Origin: Eledone cirrhosa
Taxonomy: Eukaryota
Direction: 5' to 3'
Length of the DNA stretch: 64,000 nucleotides
Assembly (NCBI GenBank): GCA_964016885.1
Contig: OZ024743.1
Span: 351,974,001-352,038,000 of the forward strand
Shown piece by piece: positions 53,811 through 64,000 of the stretch. The translations under genes and the position numbers were made by a program. Numbering within the stretch: position 1 is the stretch's first letter; every line of letters starts with the position of its first letter. The notes below the pieces were generated by a model that was not told the DNA's origin, ran no database searches, and saw only the letters and a program-made list of their open reading frames with translations.

Positions 53811-54029
53811 GCTGTAATAATATAAAGTACATTAAACAAATAGGGATTGCAATGTGGATAGAACACTTACAAAAAACAGGATTGCTTGGAACAGTTTGAA
53901 TACTCCAGAGGATACTTGAAAAATAAGGGGTTTACCTTAATTCACTGGTAGTAAACAGCTAACCCTGTAAAACATCTTCAGTATTAGAAGCTGGGTGAAG
54001 AAACAATAATAACAATAATGATGATGATG

Positions 54030-55230
54030 ATTCTTTTATTGGCCACTAGGGCTGAAAACATTATGAACACAACATCTTGCATCATAACCACCAGACAGAA
54101 AAACTGCCATCCCTTCACAGGCAAAGGAAGGTGGCAGGGCAATGGAGTAGGCCGATAGCCAGATCCATCCTAAATGGGAGAAAAGCTGTTTGACAAAACT
54201 CCATAAATCAGCAATACCCAAACACTAGACGAGTGTGTACAGAATAGTTTCATTACTCTGTGTGCATCTTGGACAGCTCCATCTGACCACAGTTCCATAC
54301 CTGTAGAGTTTGTCTCAAACCAGCAATGCCCCTGGTAACACTGCCAGGTCCAGGATTTCTGGAAATTATTCATAAGCACCAGACCAAAAGTCCTCCGGAC
54401 GTCCAGATACTCCCCAAGGACGTCGTAGTACTTGCTACCACTAGTCCTCTAAACAACACTAATGTGGCAGAGGGCTGTGAGCATCTAACAGCATTTCAGA
54501 TGCCAGACACTCATTCTCAATCTTTGCTTGACCGAAAGCTGCAGCTCAGTCAAAGAGGTGAGCTGCAGACAGACATACCTCACAAATGGCGCCCACACTT
54601 GTTTAGCGTTGAGGAATATCTGCAAATGCCGTAGCCTTAATGCATGTTTGTGCATTATCCGCCATGATATTCTGCACCATCCATGCAAAGCATGTTGGCA
54701 GCAGATGGACAATCTGACCAGTGGAACCTGTCCATTCCACCAGAAATGAAAGAGCAGGTGCTCCAAAGAACAGTACATGACAGTCAAGCAGTAATGGATG
54801 ATGGACACAATGTACACCTAACCACTAGTATCTGATCTTTCAGTGATAGCTTCCTCTTGGCCAATTTCTGGTGAGAGCGACTACCCAGTTCATTACCTCT
54901 TCTCGGTTCCTATCCACCTTGAGATCCAGATCAAACTAGAACCTGAGCAGCTTGACCAGTCAATTCATTCAGCACCCAATAACACTGTTGAATGGCATGG
55001 ATTTGCCTCTCCATAGACCTAGCTACAAACCCACCAACTTGTCTAGGTTGATTTTTGCTCTCATCATTCTGATGCATCCCTTCCACATTCTGGTTCAAGC
55101 AGGATGCTTTGCAACAGCTTCAGCTTCCACAGTAGTGACTCAAGTGTCCACACATACAGAAGGGATGAGAAAGGACCCAATGTCTCTAATTTTGCACTTA
55201 GCAAAGAGGTGGGCATTGAATATTTTGTCT
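54030..55230 (-). mobile_element. Third, old Tx1-like 3' fragment
   Basis: LLYVWTLE and ALRLRHL motifs; 3' end ccctagtggccaataaaaga followed by (ATC)n. Confidence 0.75.
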
Positions 55231-58221
55231 TTGAAAATATGACCACAGATTGCCTGATGACATCATTTATAAAAGACTCTTAAAAAAAGAACACACGGAC
55301 ATAAACACATATATACACACATGTACATGCATGCACGCACACAAGTGAAGATACCTACACACTCAAACACTTACATATGCATCATCACCACCACCATTTA
55401 AAGTCCATTTTTCCATGTAGCATGGGTTAGAAAAGTTGTCTCATTGTGAGACAAGCCAAGCCAGATGGCCATGTCTGACTCCTGCAGAACTGATTTTGGC
55501 TTGGTTTCTACAACAGGATGCCTTTTCTAATGCCAACTATATTTACAGTGTATACTAGGTGCTTTTTGTTATGACACCTACACAAGCATGGACTGGGCAC
55601 TTTTTGTCATGTCACCTACACACCCACTTTACAGTGTAGGCTGGGGAATTGGGTGGATGAGGTGTACAGAGATTGGGGAGGTAGATCTAGGGGCGTGTGT
55701 GTGGGGGTGGAGTGTTAGGGCGTTGGATACCTGTTAGAACATGGGTAGAGTGTTAGGACGTTTGAGGTGTATGGAAGGGGATGGAGGTGAAGGTGGTGCA
55801 TACTTGATGTATGCTTCAACCTGTGCTCATGGAAATGTGGGTCTTCTGTATTACTGCATAACACCAGAGATCTCAGTCCTGTGTCATCACATGTACACAC
55901 ACACACACATCTCATATATAAGAAAGTGTTTTAGTTTTCTGGAATCATTTTGGAATATGAGAATTGGTTGCCTTTGAAGCCAGTACAATGCAGGTTAAGG
56001 TTGTAGATATTAATGCAACAGAATCAGTTGATGAGAGAAATAAGGTTGAGTAGAGAAGAGGAAAAAAGAATAAGAATAAAAGATAATGTTACCTTGGAAA
56101 TATTATTAATCCCAATATATTTTGGAGTTGCCATCCATTATCAAGGGATCTAATGGAAATTTCAGATAATATTGAAAAAGACCTTTCTATGCCACTCTGT
56201 AGTTTGTCTTGGATTTGAAATTACCAGTCAACTGTGCCTCTGTCACTCAGGCCATTGAATGGATTTTGAGCTTTCTTATATAGGCATAAACTTGTATATA
56301 CAACATAATTGTTTCTACATTTGGCACAAGGCCAGCAATTACCCAGTACATTACTGGTACTGCAACATAATACAAGCTTGTACTCTTACATGGACCACAG
56401 TTATACTGTCTCTATTCCACACTTCTCTGTCCATCATGGTCAGCTTCAGTATTCTGCTTTAGATTGTCAATGTATTGAATAACGCCTTCCTATTCCATGC
56501 CGTGGATTCCACAAGGCCAGCTTTGATATTTCCTCTTCAGAATGCCATTCACAATATCTTGATAGATAGAATCAACATTCATTGAATTTCTTTTTTACTT
56601 TTGGAAGGATTCAATACAGGTATTCATTTGTTATTCAATGTTGCCACTTCACATAACGGATTACATGTAGCATCATTGTGCAGTAGCCATCAAAACTCTT
56701 TTTGTTTTGTTTGTTTTATTAGTGTCCATTTCTCTCTACCATATAAGAACACTGATTCACTAGTAGCTAGGAACAAACTTATTTTTGTTCTTGTTGGCAG
56801 TCATGACTCCCAGATTTTCTGTAGTTTATAGCATGCTGTCTATGCACAAGCTTTCCTGGTTTTGATATCAGTATCAGAGCTGCTCATCCACCTTCCTAGG
56901 TACCTGATATCTGCATTCAGTTTTTAGCCATTCATTGTTCTCACCTCGACACCTACATTCTACTTGAAGGTCATGTACTACGGGTTTTTTTCTGCATTTG
57001 TTTATTTCACTCTTGGTTTTGTTAACTTTCGTTGGATATCATCAATGTCATAAGCAAGATCAATATTGGTAATTGAGACTGCTGATATTTGATGTGATCT
57101 CTGCTTGTCTATGGAGAATCCTAGGATTTCCTCTCTGGTGATGAGTTCCAAATGAATCTCAACATCCAAGACTACAGCAAACAGATATAGACATTAGACA
57201 AGTCCTCAAACATTCCTTCCAATGGGTCCTGTCAGAAGCAACCATCTCCAACTGATCCAGCTTGATCACCAAGTGTGACTAGCCAAGCACATGGATATTA
57301 TCCAACCATCTTGCTCAGGGTACAGCCCTGGGTCTCTTGCTGGTTTGATTTGCCAGTAAAATCTGTCCAGCGATTCTTTCTGAGACATTCTAACAATATG
57401 CCCATAGAATCGAGCTGTGATTTCTTAAATCGGAGAAGTAGCAGCTCTACCTGGAGTGACTCTCTAATCTCCGAGCTATACATTTTATTGAGTAACATTA
57501 CTCTAAAGACCCTTCAGAGTAATCTCATTTCGACCTCTTGTATTCACAATCATATTCTTTTGGTCATTACCCAAGATTCATGACCATAGGTAAGGGTTGG
57601 CACGAAAACTGATTTAAATTTAGCGAGTTTGCCTTTTACACCTACCTTCCTTCTTCTGATTACTGAATGCAAAAGCTGGTGCAGTAATGCACCAGCTTTT
57701 GCAATTCTTGCACTTAATTCAGCCTCCTACCTTCCATCACTCGTGAACATGGCCCCGAAATACTTGAATGTCTCTACTTGCATATAAAGTGCATTGCGTA
57801 GGCTTCCTTGAGAGGATGAGTGTCTCAGTTTTTGCAGCACTGATTTTCATTCAAGCCATGCAGCACTCGGCATCAAACCTTTCAAGTTCAAGTCGAAGAT
57901 CATCTTTTGTCCAGTTAAGTAACACCATGTCATCAGCAAATTCCAGCTGACTGATTTTGCACTCGCCAGTCATGATACCACTTCCTACCCAAATGACTAG
58001 TTAAAATTTATTGAAATTTTCTTTTTCAATATGGGAAAAGATCGCTAATGATGGATAAAAATTCTGTAATGCTAGCATCTGGCATTATCACATGGCTACC
58101 GAGATAGCTGTGACATAATCACAGTTTAAAACATTTGTAACAAGAGCTATATATATATTTATTATACAAAAAATATTATATACGCTTTCATATACATCTC
58201 AATTTTGTTTTTGTTTTCTAG

Positions 58222-59327
58222 ATTTTTTCGATATACAAAAAGTACCTTCAACTTACTTTACTGAAAGAAAAGAGACATTGAAAAATACTAAGATTGTTAT
58301 TAGATCTCAACCAAATGGATCAAAGGTTGACGAAATGTACTATAAAAACCCTCAGCCATATGAACATGTTTTTAAATATCTCATCAATGAACCAACTCTG
58401 TGCTCTCAATATGAAAGGGTATTGCTTCTTTATGCCGTTCGTACAATCTACAGTCATTTTGATCGGAGGGAAACATTAAGAAAAATTTTTCTGAATGTTC
58501 CACAAGATTATTACTCAAAAGATATCATCATCAAACATGTTTTTCTTTTTGCTAAAACAAGTAACTCAACAACTGAATCCCTCATTCACGAGGAGAGTAA
58601 AATATACGGAGATATTCTTCAAGAGGATTTTGAAGAATCTTATTTAAATGTTTACTTGAAGACAATTATGGCATGGAAGTGGAGTGTTGAGTTTTGTGCC
58701 AATGCAGATTATGTTATGATATTAAATGATGAACTTTTTATTGACCAATACAAACTTGTACAATTTCTTCGTAACGAATTGTATCAAATTAACTATGAAG
58801 AACAATTTTCTATTTGTTTCTGTCTTGGCAATGGTATATCAAATCAAAATAATTACCAACAGTTTCGGGAGTTAGATCAGAAATATATGTATAAAGGAAA
58901 GTATTATCCTAGATATTGTCATGGTGTTGGTTACATAGCACCTATTAATGTAATCAACAAACTTTATCTGGCATCATTAAAGAACCGTATGCTCATGCCT
59001 GATGATGTTTGGATTGGTGTATTATCAGAAATGCTAAACATTAATGTAAAATGTACTGACAACCGATTTCATGGAACCAATTTGAAAACTTATTATTCCA
59101 AGAATTATGTGAATGGGCTTGTTATAGTGTCCATAAGTGACTATGGACACAATCAAAAAAAGGTGGTATACATTCAGAAGACCTTGTATAATGTAGTTTC
59201 TAGACTAAGAAACAAGGATAATTTTGTTAACAGCACTCTACAACTGAAAGATAACAAAAATAGAAATAAGTACTTTTTTATATTGAATATTGCAATTATT
59301 TTTATTGTTCTACTTAACAGACGATGA
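58222..59327 (+). CDS. Second copy of the GT31 catalytic exon; ATG/anchor exon deleted, probable pseudogene or variant
   Basis: Open frame differing from the left copy by one residue (NGPVIV to NGLVIV). Acceptor intact at 58220-58221. The junction at about 57200 removes the region matching 22852-23320. Confidence 0.7.
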
Positions 59328-59529
59328 GGTTCTCAATATTATAAATTTACATCTTTATGCATTAGGGTGTAAATAAAATGTAAACAACGATTGCATTGGG
59401 AAAATATATAAAAATATTTATGCAACTTTCACAACTTCTGCCAGGTTATTTGCTGAGACTAGTGGGCAATTATTTGTTGAATTTGGATGTTTGGAAATAC
59501 AAAATTAAAATAGAACTTACCCTCCGAAG

Positions 59530-62245
59530 GACTGGCGGACTGGGTCTAAATATATTGGTTGCCAGGAGATAAAGGAGACCCACCCATATATAGAATACTA
59601 ACATTTAATTTTTATAACGAATAAACAACATTTTCAAAAAATACATAACTGGAAACAAAAAGGTGCAATAAAATTTCAGCAGGGAAAAAATGTTGCTTTT
59701 TTTTTTTTACCAATTATAGTGCATATATACTATACATATTACTGGCAGTATACAGTAATACCAAATGTAAAAACAGAATATTATAATTGAATTTCTAAAT
59801 AATTGTGAATGTATACTGTTATTTTGAAAAGTTTTAACCAAACTGAAAATAAATTTCTATAAATCTATAAATCAATTTCAGTATTTTTAATGAAGATTTT
59901 TTACTGTCAAAGAGATAACTGTTTTCTTATAAAAATCACGGCATTGCAGTCCATACCACATCTTCATACATATACATCATTTATTTGTTTGCTCTTTACA
60001 AAGGAGATTTCTTTCATGGTTTTGATTTCTTCTACTTTTAATATTTTACATCCTTCTATTATTCGGTTTCCCCTGCTCTTGCCATTACTATTTTATAAGG
60101 CCCTTATAAATTTTGCAAAATAACAGTAAATTATACATGTACCAATATTTAAAACTTTTAAATAATTGGGGCATATTTAAAAATAGCTTACTTGTACTGC
60201 ACACTTTACACATTAACAAATAGTTCAAGTGTATTACATGCAGTCCACTATATTAAGAGCAGTCGTTTGAGTTCACTGGATGATTGTGCAAATCTACCAA
60301 TAACTGCTTCTGCATCCAATTCATCTAACAATTCTTTTTCAATGGATAGCAACATGTAGGATACCAAGTTCTCCTTAGATAGCGAATTTCTTAACCTTGT
60401 CTCTGTGATCTTTAGCTTTGAAAATATCCTCTCACATTGGAATTGGGTAACTGATAGTGTGCAGATAACTTTATAAAGTTCATAAAGATTATCATATGCC
60501 TTGTCATGAAGTCTGTTGGATGTCAGAATTCTTAGTACACATGATGGGCAAGTGGTGCAAAATTTATAGTTGTTGCAAATGGAACCCATATTCTCACCAT
60601 CATTAAAGTTTGAAGCAAAAGAACACAATTCTAATTTTACTTGATCTTTGCTGATTTCTGGAAACAACTTAATAATAACATCTAATGCTGCAACTGGATA
60701 ATGCAATCCATTATTAGGTTAGACACATTTTCTTGAAAATCAGCTAGAGAATCTGAGTAATTTCCTTCATCATTAACAAGTTCATCTGCCATTCTTTCTT
60801 TCTTTCTTCCTCTGTCTTTGAACTGGCAATGCTGTTTCCAATGTATCAATTTCCAGTAATTGTTTTTTCATCCATATTCCTCTGTGAAATCTTGTCATTA
60901 CATTTATTTACAAATTCTAAAGCCTTGCTATGAACATTATCAAATGTTCTTCTCTGTGCCTTCAACATGCTTGTAGCTGAATCTACCAAACTCTATGCAG
61001 TAAACATATCTAAACCACTTAACCATATATAGCATAACACCATATATGACATGTTGATCTGCCACATCAACAATTTTACTTTGTAATCCATTATAATGCC
61101 CATGGTAGCTTGCAGCATAAACATTTTGGGGGGTCAATTTTAAAATGCTGTAGTGTTACACTCAATAGATCAAAAAGTCCCTGTCCTGTACAATTATTAC
61201 TTGGCACAACTGAAAATAGTCACTTGCAGATAACACCTTTAAGCACATACTTAATAACAATGCTAAACTGATAGATAGATGAATTATCTTGTGTTAAATC
61301 AACCTGAATAGAATAATATATTGCTTTAGAAACTTTATGACCAATTCTTTCTTGTATCATATTCTTTATAATTTGGATTAACACGTTAATAGTTGTTTTG
61401 CAAGAGTATATAACAAGTCCACCACAGCCTTTACTTTGAGCCGTTCTTTGTTGTTCCAATCGTTTGATTCTTTTTCCAAACCTGTTTTGCACTGCAGAAA
61501 TGTGAGCTGCCATAATGGTGTCATATTTAGCCATCAACGGCACTGTAGCTAAAAAATTGCCATGATTCAGAACCTCATTATCCAGAGTGTAGGTTGATTC
61601 ATTTCCATAACCTCGAAAAGGAAATGCTTGCTTGCTTAACATCTTTATGATGTCTATAATTCTCATGACAATACTTCTCTGCTTCAACACTTCCTCTTTC
61701 CTTTTAATTAGTGATGCTGCAAAAAAATTATCTAAGGTGCCATCATTAACCACACTGATATATTGCTGAGCATTTTTGATGTGTTGTAGATTCATGTAAA
61801 GCCAAGCTCTGCCTAACATGCCTGTAATTATTAAAGCCACATACAAAGGGTGATAGATTACAAGTGTTGGGAGACTCAAACGCTAAGCAGTATGACAATT
61901 ATAAGCATCTATTTTCTTTGTTGTATGTAAGCCATTTTCTTGGGACTGAGTCATTTGTAATTTTCCTTTCATACAAACGAGCACCAAACAGTAGGCCATC
62001 AAGTGGCTGACATGGATGTTCAGCAAAAAACTGTTTCAGATTTGATCGCGATGGACGTTGGAAGATTCCAGTAGCTGATCTTTCATTTTCTTGAAAAGGT
62101 TCATTTACAGAATGTGCTTCAGAAACCAAGTCATTTATGTCTGAAGTAATATCTGACCGCTTAGCTGACTCCTGCCTTTCTGGTTCATGTCACTCTTTAC
62201 ATTTCAGTGATCCAGATTTGTGCTTTTTATTTTCCATTTGGTAGG
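59530..62245 (-). mobile_element. Mirror copy of the degenerate hAT transposon
   Basis: ORFs 60248-60706, 61220-61879 and 61899-62129 match the left-arm ORFs. Confidence 0.85.
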
Positions 62246-62616
62246 GGTAATATTCTTGATATTCAAGGTTAAAACTTAATTAAAAATACCCCATATTGGT
62301 AAAAATGAATATACACAATTTTTCAATATGTAATTACTAATACATTACTAGGATTACTAGAGTAAATACACTACTAATATATATTTTCAAAATAATATTT
62401 TAGTTACTGTTTAACCATACTGGTTGAATGGTTGATATAAATTAAACCAGGTAAAATATTAATATTCCTCCTCATAACCTTATATTATCATTTGTTATGC
62501 AAGTGATATGAAAAAATAAAATTTGGAACATTATCTCCTTCGACTTTTTCTCTTCAAGAAATGGCTTGACTATGAGCAATAATTCTTAAAACCCTTTTGT
62601 GTCTGCATTATTTCTA

Positions 62617-62793
62617 TTGGCAGTATCGGTAGAGGGTCGGACGCCATGCTTTGACGCATAGAGTTACGGCCCTTGCCATTCTGAGTTCAAATCCCGCCGA
62701 GGTTAACTTTGCCTTTCATCCTTACGGGGTCGATAAAATAAAGTACCAGTAATACACTGGGTAATTGCTGCTCTTGTGCCAAAAGTAGAAACA
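62617..62793 (+). mobile_element. tRNA-derived SINE, 5'-shortened, with a 10-bp flanking repeat attatttcta
   Basis: Sits at the site mirroring 16961-17146 but has a distinct sequence. Confidence 0.88.
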
Positions 62794-63132
62794 ATTATTT
62801 CTACTCTATCTATCTTTCACATTTGCATTTGTAGGTAAAAAGTGAAAATTTGATTTTCCACAACTTTTCTATTGCAATACCTTTTTATGGGTGTCCTACA
62901 CATGAATATATTATAATATTTCAACCCTTATGTGAATATAATGGTAACAATGTAAATATTTGGAAAAATACAATAAAAGTAAAAGTGTATAGAAAAAAAT
63001 AAACCCTATGTTATAATACTATTAGGAATAATTAATTTCATATATATTTCAACAATTTTAAATAATATATAGAAATTTCAATCAAATGATCAAATATCAT
63101 ATAATTTTCAAGATTACCAAACCTCTCTCTCT

Positions 63133-63229
<97 letters not shown>

Positions 63230-64000
63230 GTATGTATAGAAATTTCGTATTTCTAAGGAAACAATATATTTACAGGTAAACATTTAGAAATCCGTAGCTA
63301 TGCAAAAAACACCGGTGCTAACGCCCTCTGCTGGTGTCCAGCAGAAGCAAGGGGGGACAATCGTCGATACACAAATACGAAATTTCTATACATATCTGTA
63401 TACTGCTATGCCTGAACCTAAATCCTATTTCTATTCTATTATAAGTTGAGCCAACTTATGCAGCTTCATATGCACATGAGATTAATCACTTCATTTACAC
63501 AGATGAGAAAACTATGTATTCTCGACTGTTCTCAAGTCCAGCAGTCGCAAGTGTGGTGGGAATCGTCCTGATGATGACCAGTTAAGTCCAAAATGCATCG
63601 ACGTTTGTCCCCCTTGCTTCTGCTGGACACCACCAGAGGGTGGTAGCCCTGGTGTTTTTTGCATAGATATGGCTTTCTAAATGTTTACCTGTAAATATAT
63701 CGTGTTTCCTTAGAAATACAAAATTTCGATAGATATCTGTATACAGCTATACCTGAAGCTAAATCCTAATTATATATATATACTTACACATGCACAATAT
63801 ATATATATATATACTTACACACACTATATATATATACTTACACACACACAATATATATATATATATATATATATATACTTACACACACACTATATATATA
63901 TATATATAGAGAGAGAGAGGGAGAATGGGAGGACACAAGGTGTGTTCAATATATGAGTAGCTTACCTATTTTGGTGTTTTATGGAAATATGTACTGCTGA

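Larger units (their letters stand above)
43920..64000. repeat. Right arm of the large inverted duplication (runs off the window end)
   Basis: The final bases gtactgctga are the reverse complement of 15214-15223; see the left arm. Confidence 0.95.

Overview
AT-rich, microsatellite-dense animal genomic DNA; the tRNA-derived SINE family and repeat landscape suggest a cephalopod such as octopus, which is an inference. Most of the window is transposable-element debris: Penelope-like elements (one near-complete Neptune-type copy with pseudo-LTRs, several Naiad-type fragments, minimal hammerhead ribozymes), R4-like, RTE and Tx1/L1 non-LTR retrotransposons, a gag-deleted Gypsy element with both LTRs, hAT and Chapaev3 DNA transposons, MITEs and SINEs. 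The dominant structure is a large inverted duplication: the left arm spans about 15214-30160, the right arm about 43920 to beyond 64000, and the spacer is about 13.7 kb. Each arm carries its own deletions. The arms hold the only recognisable host gene, a GT31 beta-1,3-glycosyltransferase-like gene. The left copy can be reconstructed as two coding exons (389 aa, N-terminal signal anchor). The right copy has lost the ATG/anchor exon together with an adjacent intronic GAA repeat but keeps an intact catalytic exon. Most ORFs in the supplied track are microsatellite or TE-antisense artefacts. I found no clear new multi-gene system; the best leads are the asymmetric inverted GT31 pair and the ribozyme-centred foldbacks.
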